From: Octopus bimaculoides
Taxonomy: Eukaryota
Direction: 5' to 3'
DNA: 64,000 nucleotides
NCBI RefSeq assembly: GCF_001194135.2
Contig: NC_068995.1
Coordinates: 13,758,879-13,822,878, forward strand
Of the stretch, positions 37,287 to 51,084 are shown piece after piece (positions within the stretch are counted from its first letter, which is position 1; the number at the start of each line of letters is the position of its first letter). The notes beneath the pieces are model-generated. The model saw only the letters and a program-made list of their open reading frames with translations, had not been told where the DNA came from and searched no databases. Made by a program: the position numbers and the translations under genes.

Positions 37287-37786
37287 ATATATATATATAT
37301 GTTATTTTTATATTGATGTATAAATTTGTAGATCTTCATAACATTGTTTAATTATGTGAAAGATTATGTTGTCAATTTCCTTCCATTGTTGTTGAAAGTG
37401 TAACATTCAAACTTCATTTGCAGTGTTAATAATAATCCTGATTATGTCTTCATTTTTGTTCCATAGTTGGCAAAGGCAAACAAAAGTTTACACCCACCAC
37501 TCTTATTTACAAATTCAGTCTACCCATGTCATCAGTTTATAATGGTGACAATAGGCTTTTGTTTTCTTCCCAGAATGTAAAGAAGACATTGTAAGTGAGA
37601 GGTGCCATCCATCTTAACCTATCGTCATAATTATTTAACTGCACTGAAGTGAAGAAGAATCAATTGATTGAAAGTGACAATCATTTACAACTATCACATT
37701 GTCAAGATAAAGAGACACAAATACACACAAATACAATATACATATCTATCTATCTATATCTATATATATATAATCAACTCACACAT

Positions 37787-37820
<34 letters not shown>

Positions 37821-38420
37821 GGACTCTCCTGTCGTTAGATGACGTATGAGGGTTCGGCAGTTTCTTACTGAACAACCACATAGATAATTTGTTTACAGTG
37901 ATCAAATGTTTGTGTTGGCATAAGCTCACACTCTCCCATCAGATCGACATTACCTGTACAGGTGCAACGGGTGCCACGTGTCAGATGTCGAAATGATCAG
38001 AGCAACATGAAATTAAGTGCCTTGCTCAAGAACATAACGCAACGCCCAGTCTGGGTTTCATACACACAATCTCGCAGTTGTGAGTGCAATACCTTAACCA
38101 CTAAGCCATGCACCTTCACACACACACACATTGTGGCTTAGTGGTTAGGGTATTTCTGGTGGTGCATTATGTCTTGAGCAAGACACTTTATTTCACATTG
38201 CTCCAGTCCTCTCAACTGGTAAGTTGTACCTGTATTTCAAAGGGCAGCCTTGTCACATTCCGTGTCATACTGAATTCTCTGTAAGAAGTATGCGAAGGGT
38301 ACATGTGCATGTGGAGTGCTCAACCATTTGCATGTTAATTTCATGAGCAGGCTGTTCCGTTGATTGGATCAACTGGAACCATCATCATTGTAACTGACAG
38401 AGTGCTAATATTTTATATAT

Positions 38421-38583
38421 ACTCTCTGAGTGGTTGGCGTTAGGAAGAGCATCCAGCTGTAGAAACTCTGCCAAATTTAGATTGGAGCCTGGTGTTGCCA
38501 TCCGGTTTCACCAGTCCTCAGTCAAGTCGTCCAACCCATGCTAGCATGGAAAGCGGACGTTAAACGATGATGATGATGATGAT
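38421..38583 (+). mobile_element. Young (GAT)n-tailed short retroelement, inverted partner of 29522-29687
   Basis: actctctgagtggttggcgttaggaag...ccaacccatgctagcatggaaagcggacgttaaacg(atg)n. Older relatives at 4215-4300, 9780-9870, 11043-11230, 26400-26600, 34345-34560, 46795-47000. Confidence 0.85.
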
Positions 38584-39785
38584 GTGTGTATATATATATA
38601 TATATATATAGATTCAAGGTGAATATGGTACTTAAGTTTAGGCACCAGAATTAAGTATAGTATTATCCATACAATTTCAAAATAAGGTGATTTGCTTAAA
38701 TAAATGGAGTCACATGAAACAATCGTACTGCATTAACTTTGGATATCCTTGTTGCTTATTTTATATATACATACACACACACACACACACACACAATGGC
38801 TTTTTTTCAATTTCTGTCTATCAAATCCACTCACAAGGCTTTGATTGGCCTCGATCAATTGTAGAAGAGACTTGCTCAAGGTGTCACACAGTGGGATTGA
38901 ACCTGAAGCCATGTGGTTGGGAAACAGACTTCTTAATGACACTGGTAATTGGCATACCTTGATTATTATCAAAAATCCTTTGAAATACACTAGCAATATA
39001 TTTTATTAGAGAATATAATCGCAAAAGGGGTTGAAGCTGCATTTCTGCTACAGAGCTCTTGAGGTTTATGGAAGGGTTAACTAAACAATTAATACAGGAA
39101 GTGAAGTGATTCCAACCATAGATTCTGTTCAAGAAGAACTTAATAACATCAAACCATATGCTTGTCATACATCATTACCTAAACAAATATTGCCTTAATT
39201 ATTAATGGAATCTTTTGAGTTGTAAGAAGCGAAAGAAAGTAGGTGATGTGTATTAATAAATATAAGGGATGTGAAAAGATCCAAACATTTAGTTAAAACT
39301 GGGTTAAGATCCTGTGTTTATTGAGAACTTACAATATACAGATATTAGTCAACATAGAATACATAAACAAATAATGGGAAAAACACATTAATTTCCATAC
39401 ACTCAATTCTTTGCCCTCCCTATTTCTATCAAAACTCTATTTCTCCCTATTTCTATCAAAACAGACAGACCACCTAACTTATGTAAAAAAACACAGGGGA
39501 ATATTATTTTTCTAATTATAAACAACTTATGGCTCACTAAGTAACACGCAGTAGGACATTTACTAGCTACTACTTATAGTACTAGATGAATGTGCTGTGA
39601 CAGTACACTAACTCTACCTCCTGGTGTTGTAGAAAAGTTTTGGTGAGGGGAAAACCTATGCCCATAGGTGGTTGTAAAAAAAAAAGATTCAATTTATGAC
39701 GGAGACTGATTGATAATGCCAAATATAGAAATGTAACTAACAGTGCGTTTGAAATGTCAGAACGAGAAGTGTACACCCCACCCCA

Positions 39786-39848
39786 TATATATACATATAT
39801 ATATATATGTATATAAATATATATGTATATAACTATATATGTGTGTGC

Positions 39849-39899
<51 letters not shown>

Positions 39900-39992
39900 A
39901 ATATATAAATATATATAAATATATATATATATATAAATATATATAAATATATATATATATAAAAATATGTATATAAATATATATGTATACAT
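39786..39992. repeat. Compound (TA)n microsatellite
   Basis: Direct reading. It produces the spurious YIYIY ORF. Confidence 0.95.
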
Positions 39993-40376
39993 ATTACCAA
40001 CTAATTATAGAAATTAGACTGAATTTTCAAAGACCTAAAATGGTAATTGGTAATTCCTTATGTTGAGAGAGAGAGGAAATGGCATGGTAGTATGTTTAAG
40101 AAGCTTGCTTTGCAGTCGTGTAGTTTTGGTTTCAGTCCCACTGTGCAGCAGTCTTCTACTTTAGAAGACAGGTAAATGTTTAGGATAAGTAAAAGCTTAA
40201 GAGCTGGTAACTGTTCAAAGAGAGGTGAATGATTGAAGACAAATAATGATTAATGGCAGGTAAATGAATAAGTACAAGGTGAATACTTCAAGAAAATGAT
40301 TTTTAAAATGAAATAAAGCAAATGTTTAAGATTAACTAAATCACAAACAAGAGATTATGGGGATAATGGATATATT

Positions 40377-40763
40377 CTTTTACTACTTTCAGTCATTTGA
40401 CTGTGACCATGCTGGAGCACCACCATTAGTCGAGCAAATCGACCCCAGGACTTATTCTTTGTAAGCCTGGTACTTATTCTATCGGACCCTTTTGCTGAAT
40501 CACTAAGTCACGGGGATGTAAACACACCAGCATCGGTTGTCAAGCGATGTTGGGGGGACAAACACAGACACAAACATATACACACATATACATACATGTA
40601 TACGACGGGCTTCTTTCAGTTTCCGTCTACCAAATCCACTCACAAGGCTTTGGTCGGCCTGAGGCTATAGTAGAAGACACTTGCTCAAGGTGCCACGCAG
40701 TGGGACTGAACCCGGAACCATGTGGTTGGGAAGCAAGCTACTTACCACACAGCCACTCCTATG

Positions 40764-40766
<3 letters not shown>
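40377..40766 (-). mobile_element. Abundant tRNA-derived SINE with an internal microsatellite, best-preserved copy
   Basis: Head gtggctgtgtggtaag...ggttcagtcccactgcgtggcaccttg and tail gcggtgctccagcatgg...aaatgactgaaa. More than 12 related copies, e.g. 1765-2128, 20177-20595, 21175-21560, 21755-22110, 32590-32850, 38770-38940, 56960-57330. Confidence 0.88.
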
Positions 40767-40804
<38 letters not shown>

Positions 40805-41849
40805 GAATGGTTCATAAGTTGGTGCATCAATAAACATAATGCAGTTTAGCTATGCACAATGAAGATAAATTGCATCTAGTATTATAACATCTGTTCAAAC
40901 TCATTAATCAATATTGGTTAGGTAACCTATACTGACATCAGTTCAATAGTTCTGAAATTTTGGTTATTTTCAGTTTCCTCTTACTTACCTAAGCACTGTC
41001 ACTAACTTATTATTGGATTTGTCCATGAGGTACCTTTATGAAAATCTGAGAAATAGCTGCAGTACTGAATAAATTAATTAAAAATAACAATAACAACAAA
41101 AATACAAAACAAACAGAGATAAGACTAATTAAAGAACTTTTTTGGAAATTGCCCCTTCCTTCGAACTTCCAAGTTGCTGTTGTTATTTAGCTTCAGGTTA
41201 ACACTGGCCAATCATATACAAGATCAAAAGTTATCCAGCTGAGACAATTCCATATTCAATTCATAATGATTCCAAGACCATTTTATTCAATGTGGCCTTT
41301 TCCTTTTAAGATGGAAACTTCCGATTTTAAAATTTCATGGCAATTTATGTTCCAAACATCAGCTTAATAATGACAGAATTTTTTTGATTAAATTCTTCAT
41401 AATTTTCAAACATAATCAAAACAAAAGTAGCATATTTCAATAAAAATATGGTAACAAAAGGGTTAGGGCCTTTAGAATGTCTATACTAATGCTTTAGTGT
41501 TTTGAAAAGTGTGTTATTCATAATTCTATTATACACAAGTATGATTAATAAACCAAAGTAAACAATAGTTATCTAAATTTTTTCTAATTTTTTTCTTTTT
41601 TTTTTTTTAAACTTCCCATGTGAAATGAGCCAGTAATTTTTATCTTTTCATGCAAAAAGTGCCAATTTGTTTTTTTTGTTTTATTTTCATATCCAGTGTA
41701 CCACAAAGTCAAAATGATTAACCCTTTGTTAACATATTTTGGTTGAAATACACTGCTTTTATTTCAAATGATTTTGCAAATAATGGAAAATTTAGTAAAG
41801 TAATTTTGTTATGAAGAATTTAGTAAAATGATTTTGTCATTATGTGAAG

Positions 41850-42186
41850 ACACATAGCTCAGTGGTTAGAACATCAGGCTCACAATCACGTGTTAGTGAG
41901 TTCAATTCCCAGACCGGGCTGTGTTATGTTATTGAGCAAGACACTTTATTGTCACGTTGCTCCAGTTCACTCAGCTGTAGAAATAAGTTGTGACATTACT
42001 GGTGCGAAGCTGTATCAGCCTTCGCCTTTCCCTTGGATAACACTGGTGGCGTGGAGAGGGGAGGCTGGTATGCATGGGCGACTGCTGGTCTACCATAAAC
42101 AACCTTGCCCAGACTTGTGCCTCGGGGGGGGGGTAACTTTCTAGGTGCAATCCCATAGTCATTCATGACCGAAGGGGGTCTTTACC
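41850..42186 (+). mobile_element. tRNA-derived SINE, third head type
   Basis: tagctcagtggttaga (A box), gagttcaattccc (B box). The body is shared with the minus-strand copy at 2267-2603. Confidence 0.8.
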
Positions 42187-42267
42187 CATTATCATTTGTC
42201 ATTATAAAGCTACTGTTAGGAATAAACTGACATGAACATTTTTTGTGGGAAGTTTTAATTTAGATTA

Positions 42268-42751
42268 CCGTAAATCCTCGAGTATAGTCCGCCCTTGAGT
42301 ATAATACGCAGGGGATTTTTAGGGGGTTGTACCTATGAAAAACCTAAACCATGTGTATGATACGCACCCCTTCTCTAACTTGAGTCAAGGAGGTCTATAT
42401 AATGTCCTTGGTTTGTAAACATATACGGTAACGTCCGTTATTATTATTGTATATATAACATAATGCAAACGTGTAGCTTTTTTGTGCTTTTTGTTTGCAG
42501 AAAATAAAGAAATAACAGTAATAACGTCAGTGAAAAATAAATATTAAGTAAATTGCTTTTCACATATTTATCACTATCAGTTACAAGCGTGACATTACAA
42601 AATGCGTCTGAATAAACATTGCCGGACAGCAAATAGAGACTCAGACATTGCTTAGAAAATATTTTTCATTTTTAACCTCGTATATAATACACACTAGGAA
42701 TGACCTTTAAATTTTGGGAAAAAAATGCAGATTATACTCGAGGATTTACGG
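42268..42751. mobile_element. Tc1/mariner-type MITE (484 bp)
   Basis: Perfect 19-bp TIR ccgtaaatcctcgagtata at both ends (about 24 bp with 2 mismatches). TA duplicated at 42266-67 and 42752-53. No coding capacity. Confidence 0.88.
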
Positions 42752-44589
42752 TACTTTAAAACAAGAAATTTGTATTATAGGACAAAAGGTGGTTTTAGGC
42801 AGATTACTATCAAAACGGTTAAAGAACTACTATTGTGGTTGACTGTGATTTAACCCTTTAACATTTAATCCAACTGTATCAGCCCAAATATTCAACCTGT
42901 TTTGTGTTCAAACTGACCAAATCCAAACTCTCACACCTATCCTACAATATCATTCTAAAAATATACAAACACACCATTGAAATCTTGAAGCTACAAGATA
43001 ATGCGTGACTAATTCAAAACAATGTGAATAAATAAGCAATAGATTTGATAGAGTAATCTCAATGCTAAAGGTTTAAAGGAGATTTAACTGAAATTTCTAC
43101 GAAGTTTGTGTGTATTGTATTACTTATGGAAGACCTTGGTTAATAAAAAAAAAGGACAACAAAAAACACATACAGGATATGAGATTAATCAAAAGAGAGT
43201 GTTCCCCCACCTCAAATCACTGGAAGTATGTTGGGATTAAAGACAATAATATTAGAATATTAGTAATTAGAATTTTTGTAAGTATTAAACAGCAGATTAG
43301 TAACCATCTTTAATAACATATAAATAAAAAAAAGTCCAAGGAAACCGATGACTGGCTGCATCAGCAATAATTATGTAGTGACATTCATAAGCTTCATTAA
43401 GTTTGTATGCTGTGGTGGGGAGAGGAATCTGATGTTTCAGGATCAAATCTAGCTGAAATCATTTTTCTCTCTGTCTCAAAACATCAGACTTCTACCCCAC
43501 TGCCCTATACAAACTATTCCATACCTATGAGTTTCTTCAATATATGGAAATAGAGCTGATGTGGCCAAAAGGAATAGGTATTGGATTACTCTTTCAAAGG
43601 TGAAAAGTTCAAATCTAGTGCAAGAGGTCTGCTGTGTTCTTGGGCCAGAATATATTATTCTGTGTTGGCTTAGTTTACCAAGCTGATTGGAAATAGGCAC
43701 TAGATCATTCTTTATCTCTCTCTCTCTTTTTTAATGTTACCTGTAATAAACAGGGGTTTTATATTATGGGAAGATTTATCTCACTTCATACCATGAACAC
43801 ATTTTTGTTCCTCTATTTTAACTGTGCAAGCAGAAAAAAAAATGACAAAAAAATGGAGACATTGGTCCTGTTGATCTTTCCTGCTTTAAATTAGTGCTTA
43901 TAATAGTTTTCTAAAACAATTAGCAGAGAAGGGAAACAATTGATTGAATTAACACTAATAGATAACTGGTATTTATTTAATTGAACACGAGAAAGATGAA
44001 AGGAAAAAAAATTTGGAACTCAGAACATAGAGAATAGAGAACTGGAACTTAATCCCAAAAGGTGTTTGTGTCCCTGTAGATTAGAGGTTCAGCAAAAGAG
44101 ATCGATAGAATAAGTACTAGGCTTACAAAGAATAAGTCCTGGGGTCAATTTGCTCGACTAAAGGCGGTGCTCCAGCATGGCCACAGTCAAATGACTGAAA
44201 CAAGTAAAAGAGGTGCATTTTTCATGCAACTTGCAAGACAAAACCACACCAGAAAAAATGAAAAAGCTACCACTACTAAGAGGAAGTATTTGGGAGAGGA
44301 AAGTGGAGGTGGGTGGCTGTATGCTAAGTATTGAAAGGCTAAAGTTTGATAGAAGGATAAGCACAGGGGTCTTACTAAAGAGGAGATACACGGCTGAAGG
44401 AAGTGATAGGGTCCTAGAGCAAACTCTCAAGGAACAAGAAGGTGAACATAAGAGAGGACATGGACAGTGGATTATTGGGAGGAAATGAGAAGGTGAATGG
44501 TTTCATGAGAGTGCAAGGAGAGAATTGATATCATTAGATATTTAATCCTGTGCTTCAATCATTCTGCTGTCCCAATCATTCTGAGATCA

Positions 44590-44755
44590 AAGGCGGTGAG
44601 CTGGCAGAAATGTTAGCACGCTGGGCGAAATGCTTAGCGGTATTTTGTCTATCTTTACGTTCTGAGTTCAAATTCCACCGAGGTTGATCTAATCGACTGC
44701 CCCACCCCCTCCTCCAAAATTTCGGGCCTTGTGCCTAGAGTAGAAAAGAATATTT
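44590..44755 (+). mobile_element. SINE family with head ggcggtgagctggcagaa...gagttcaaattcc, representative copy
   Basis: B-box-like gagttcaaattcc. Other copies carry tttgcctttcatcct..gggtcgataaaataagtacc, resembling a Nin/Deu-type central domain (unverified). Copies at 17000-17240, 17290-17430, 18290-18510, 24375-24600, 56090-56470, 57800-57990. Confidence 0.65.
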
Positions 44756-47700
44756 CTGAGGTCAGTGAAGTATTAGACTGGGACTGGAGTCATTGTAATC
44801 AACTGTAGTCAGCCATAAAATTCGAGCCTTTGTGCCAATCAATATCAATGACTTGCTTGCTGTTTGTCTAACTACATACACTCCTTTGATGACACATTAC
44901 ACTATCTCCATAAGACAATCGACCTGAGCACTTCCTGCTGGGATTATGTTCTGAATGAATGGAGATGACAATCTAGTCTCGTTCACTAAACCTATTACTA
45001 CTTCCACCACTATTCCCAAAACGCACTCTACATGAACCAAATGATGGTGGTTCAAGGTGGTTGCTTAATCTGCTAAAAGTAGCAACCACATCCCAGCCAA
45101 ACCATAACCTATCTTCTTAAAAATAGGCACACACTGGATAATGAAGCCTTGACATACTTTACTGGAGGAAAACAAACAAACAAACATGGGATAGTCATGG
45201 AGCTGATGTAGAGTGAAATACCACCACCAACATTAACAACACATACAGCGCATATCTTAAGAAGAAATTCATTATATTGACTATTATTATCATGATACCT
45301 TATGTAACCCAGTTCTGGAATTGGTATACTGTGTCCTTGCATGTTGTAAGAAGCAACTAAAAAGGTTGGCAAAAGAAAGGGCACCCGATTGCAATGCACT
45401 GCATCAGAAAACCCATCTATCCCATGCAATTATAGAAAAGATATAAAATAATGATGATGATGTCTCTTCTAAACAGTTTATCCCTTTTGATACAAACCCT
45501 CCTGTGACTGACCACCCCTAGTTCTAATGATACAAACTTTTTATTTAAAGTGATTTAAATTAAAACATTGCATCAAAAATTCATATTAATTTGACAATCA
45601 AGCTTGACAATCATCAACATTATTTTAATGTTTTAATGTGCAGTTTTCTATGCTTGCATGAGTTAGGTAGAGTTTTATTGAAGCAGATTTTCTATGGCTG
45701 GATGCCTATCTTGTTGCCGACCCCCACCTGTTTCCAAGCAAGATAATTTTCCCTATGGCAAGGCAGGTTTTCATGGAATACCGGAAATGAATGACATCCA
45801 TTTACGACTATACCTGACATCAAGACAAGGACACACGCACAGAGCCTTTTTCAGTTTCCATCCACCAAATCCATTTGGTTAACCTGGAGTGATAGTAGTA
45901 GATATTTTCCTAAGGTAGCATGCAGTGGGACTGAACCCAGAACTATGTGGTTGGTAAGCAAATGGCCACACCTGCACCTGACAAAGTTATCTTACTAGAT
46001 TCTTCATCAGTTTCAAAATTAATTGAAATGAAATTAGTATATTTCATCAGAAGTATGGTAACAAAATGGTTAGGCTATCAAACTGATTGCACATGTCAAG
46101 CCTTGTAAGTTTTGATAATCTCTGAGAACGATACAATAAGTTTCAAACAGCCAGAAGAATATTATAAAGGCAGAGTTTCTTTTTCAGAGCCAGAAAATCT
46201 TTTGGCTCAGAAACAACTCCTGGCTCTTCTTTTACAGTATGCAAATAAACACTGCATCAAAGTACTCTTCACAAAGTTGGGATAGAGTATCATTTATGCA
46301 GGAACGCACACATGTGCACACATATTCTAGGCAGCTGAGTGAATATGGATTTGAATTACCAGTTCATATTATATCTTGAAATTCCATTCTTTTATAGATG
46401 TTTTGTTGCATATACACAATTTTACTTCAGTTGATTTAGCAACCAAGAACAGATACCAGATTATTTTGGAATGTTATCTATGATAGACTGTTGTTCCTTC
46501 AAGGGGAAGGAGATTTATCACATCTGTTTAATATCAAGAGATCAGCCCTTAAAAGATATACAGAGGTTATGAGACATTTTACAGAAGTAAAACTTATATT
46601 ATTTACATTACAAGTTGTTTGCCTGATGCTACAACTGCTAACCAAGCAGTCAAACTGTGTCTTACTGCTACCACAATGACCTCTGATCTTTTAACCTCAC
46701 TATTTTGAACACCCCAAAAACTCATTTCATATACATGCTTCTCTTTCTGACACTCAGTCATTTTTCCTTCCCAAGCTACGATAGCTTAAATTAGCATCAT
46801 CATTTAACAACTGTTTTTCATGCTGGCATGGGTTGAACAGTTTGACAGGAACTGTCCAGATACCACTTGTCTATTGTGGCATAGTTTCTATGGTTGGATG
46901 CCCTTTCTAACGCCAACCACTTTACAGTGCTTTTAATGTGCCACTGGCACAGGTGTGTTTATGCAGCACTGACACCTGTAAAGGACAAGCCTATATGTAT
47001 GGATGATGAGGTCCTATATGTATGGACCTCCTTATTTCTATTCAACTTAGAACTGAAATTATTTAGTTAATAGTTAAATGGTATTCATGAAGTCAAAGTT
47101 CAACAGTTGAGAAGATTAATCCTGCTTAACCTTAAAGGATTCTAGAGAAACCAGCATATCTAATACTTCTGCATTGATTCTAAGAAACTTAGCAGAGTTT
47201 TATCATTTTTATCAGACTAAAGTGTTTAATGAAAAAGAATAAACTGCTTCCTTCTCAATGGCTTATAAATACTAGCTGACTTCCATTAAATGAAGTAGAA
47301 TTGTATTAATGACCAAAACATAGATGTACAACAAATGTTTATGGCGCTTGGTAGTTTACAATGCCATCAAGAAATAAAAACAAAAGTGAACAGTAACTAA
47401 TGTTCCCCAAGGACAGGGTGATGGTGGCATTAAACTGAGTAATGGATAACTCCTTTGATACCAACCTGGCTAACACAGCCTCAGGTTCAAATCCTGCTGA
47501 GGTTAGTTTTGCCTTCCATCTTTTGGGGATCAATAAAATAGTACTAACCCAGAGATGGTGGATTGACTGAACTAAGTTTCTGGCAAGATTCTCTGGCTCT
47601 TTGTATTCCGCCAGCAACTGCTGCAATGACTCTGGTACCAATCTGTATTGGCTCAAGTCAGCAATCCTTCCTTTGGAGATGGGCCACTGCCAATCTTCCT

Positions 47701-50700
47701 CAAAAGATTTTGCCTTGGATTACAAATACAAGTGCAGATGTATGACCAGTCTTTACTGATGGAGACTCCAATACAGTAGGTAGAAATTCCATTATATTAG
47801 AACTTACTTTTATTTTGTCAAAGCTGTATTCCAAACACTATTTTGACATCCTAATAAATATAAAAAGTAGTTATTTTATAAAGACTGTCCAAAATTTTGA
47901 TCATTCTGAAAACTGAAACACAGTGGCATTCTATGTTTGTAAGAGATATAGTAACAAAAGAGTTAATATTACAGGTTTTCTCTTTATCTGGATGTAAAAA
48001 TAAATACCAGACTTTGCTCAGAAAGTTGCTTTGAAATAAACTAGTAGAAATTTCAGCATCAACCTGCCACTCAGCCCTGTTAGGGTTAATTGTGATTGGT
48101 GATATTTATGAAATGGCTAGCAGCTTAGCAAGAATTATCAAGATTTCATAAAAATTCCGCTTGACAACTGGTGTTGGTGTGTTTAATTTAGCAGTTTGGC
48201 AAAAGTGATCGATAGAATAAGTATTAGGCTTAAAAAAAAAGTACTGGGGTTAATTCACTCAACTAAAAATAGCTCAAGGCAGTGCCCCAGTATGGCTGCA
48301 GTCCAATGACTGAAAGAAGTAAAGGATAAAAGATCACTATTTTCTTGACACGGAACATAAGTTTCCTCAGAGATAATTCATGTTTGAAAAGCCCTTGAAC
48401 TTCCATCTGAGGTGTAGAGATAACGAGTGCCTTAATGAATCGAGTACAACAATCCACAAAATGCTGTATTTGTTTGTGTACTATGTACACTTGTCAACAG
48501 ACGTGACCAGGGTTACAATTTAAAATATAAACATAAATAGGATTTTCATTGTAAGTTTATGATTGTTGTTTAGCAGACCTATGATCAAAAGCATTCCAGT
48601 TGTGGCCATCCCATTAATTATTGTGCCCCCTTTTTTTTTTTCATTTTTATAAGACGGTGGCAAGGGTGTGAGTTAAGAAAGATTTGACTACTATTTCTAA
48701 CAGGTGGGGTGAGGACACATAGGGTCCCTCGATGGCTCGCTAAGTCAAGTGTTCCTCATAGGATTGTGGTGCTAGGAGGGTTGAACTTATCCAACACAAT
48801 GACACATTAAAACTCCCGGCCCATGAGTCGCTCTTCCAACTTCTGCCGATTAAAAATAAAATATGTTCATGCGTCGAGTTCTAGTCATTGTTTGTTGTAC
48901 TCAAAACACCTACAATATACGTAATCATAAGTCCCGAAATTGTAAACTACGTCAGTGAACGAATATGGCACACCCGAATTTGACAGAGTGGCTTGTTATT
49001 GATCAGAGACTACACACCCAACTTTTCTCCCATTAACGATGAAAACTGGGAAGCGAAAATAGATATATGAGGTAATTCGATACAAACGAAAGTAACCACC
49101 TAAAAGTTTCTTTCAAGGGAACCCCTGCCAGGTTTTTCTACCTGTAAGAAATAGCTGTCAAATGTAAGCCCAAATTACATCCTATCGTCTTAAAAACAAA
49201 AATACTGATTGGATATGATCCACTACATTTGAAAAATAAAAGCAGGTGTGATGGTCACGACTAGAATACCGTTTAGTCAAAGTTAATCTGGGGCTAAATT
49301 AAAACATATTTAACAGGGTGTTGACAGTGGTTGTCGTTATTTAGCACCAAGTCAGGTCTTTTTGAGCAGATCTACGGTCAAAGACAGTCCATCTGTGACC
49401 ATGCTTTTTGTTTTTAATCTAGATGTAATTTATTTAGGTCTGTGTACTTTCTCTTTCTTGGGTGTGAGGAGATTTGGTTACTATTTCTACCAGATCGAGA
49501 GACCACATAAAGGCTCCCTCGCCGGATCGTTCTTTTAGTGGTTGTTGTTGAACACCAAGTCAGTCTTGATCTGGCTGCTATTTCTAATAAGTCGAGCGAC
49601 CACGCAGAGGTCCCCACCACATCGACGTTCTTTTGGTTAACTTAGAATGGGTGGATTTCGATGAAGGAAAAATGATAACTGACTATTCTGTCTGTGTGTT
49701 TATTGATAAACTGAATCTCATTGTAACGATTTTCTTTCTTGCCACGAAGACCGATGAATGAATTAAGTTACCGCTAATTATTCCCCCTCCTTTTCTTCCA
49801 CAATACATACACAATGCGGTTATAATCATTATTGGAAATGTCAGCACCAACGACAACCAAACTCACTTCACACTCGATTCTCCTAGAAATTTAAGTCTCG
49901 GTTAAACAGACCATTTAGTATCATTTACCAACACTTAGTGGTTCAATCCTTTTTTTCTGTTCTTTTGGTTGGAGAAACGAAGAATACGACAAACAATTAA
50001 TAAGCAGACACTGCGGTTGGAGATTATTATTATTATTATTGACACATATGATTGTCACATATTCTGTCCTTTTTCGACAAAGAGAAACCGAGCTGTGTGT
50101 CTCTTTAAATAGGTAAATATTTATGATTCACCAATGCCGATATGATTCGATAACTTAAAAAAGGAATTAGTAACTCAACAGTAAGAAGTCAAATATTATT
50201 TATGACCAAAGTAATCGAAGCTATTACAGATTTTTTTTTTGTAATTTTAAAAAGTTGAAGTAAATTTTCACAAGCAGAAAGAAAAAGGGAAGGAAACAAA
50301 AATGGAAAAAAAAGAGATTCTAGAAAACGTAATAATACATAAATTGTTTTCATTTGTATCCAATCGAGGATAAAATAATTGAGGTAAGTTCATAGATGGC
50401 CGGAGTCTGCTAACACGTGCAAGGTAGAGAGAGAAAGAGAGAGAGAGAGATGTTGAAATATACACAGAGTTGAATTTATAGTCTTTCTCTATGGTGACAA
50501 AACTTCGGATTTTGAAAAACCAAAACTTCCTCTAGAAGTAGATATATTTCCTATTTGTAAAGACGAGTTACTAAATCAAAACAAAACTGCATTAGATCAA
50601 AAGAAAAAGTGTAAATAATTTGTCTTTTTCTATTAAAAATGGTTTCTGTTTATGTTAAAATGTCAATGTGGGTTCATTTAAAGACTTGAGAGACTAAGAA

Positions 50701-50925
50701 TAAAATGGAACTTAGAAATGAGGAATATATATTTAGAAACAAACAAACCACTATTGGAAACAGTGGAGAGTAAAGTGGGTATACATTATAGATGGAACAT
50801 TATTGCAGACATACAAAAGAAAAAATTCTATGAGAGGGTTTAAAATATTTCAAAAAATCAACAGAGTTTGGAGCGACACAGTAATAAAAACCTGTGTTTT
50901 TAGTAATACGAAAACCATATTCTAC

Positions 50926-51084
50926 CTCCATCGCTTGTCCCAATTCCAAGTCAAATGTCACAACACAAGCACAATGAAGCCAGTTTGAGAAACGGTCCCA
51001 TGGTAATAAAGTAGGAGACTTAGAACTGGTGTCTGTGAACTGCCGAAGTACAGCAGTTTCGAAGTCTTCGTCCATAGCGGCCAT
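50926..51084 (-). CDS. DENND6: DENND6/FAM116 orthologue, first coding exon (MAAMDEDF...[27 protein letters not shown])
   Basis: The translation contains [27 protein letters not shown], the N-terminal uDENN motif of DENND6. The ATG at 51084 has a strong context (agaATGg). Phase-0 donor GAG|gtagaa at 50925-50924. An upstream in-frame ATG at 51162 is an alternative start. Confidence 0.93.

Noticed and set aside
41855-41930. tRNA-like A/B boxes here and in other SINE heads
   Set aside because: No complete cloverleaf, and they continue into repeat bodies. These are SINE heads, not tRNA genes.
50800-50925. C-terminal part of the 130-aa ORF 50800-51192 (VEYGFRIT...)
   Set aside because: It is intron read-through past the donor at 50925. 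Homology continues in the exon at 33893.
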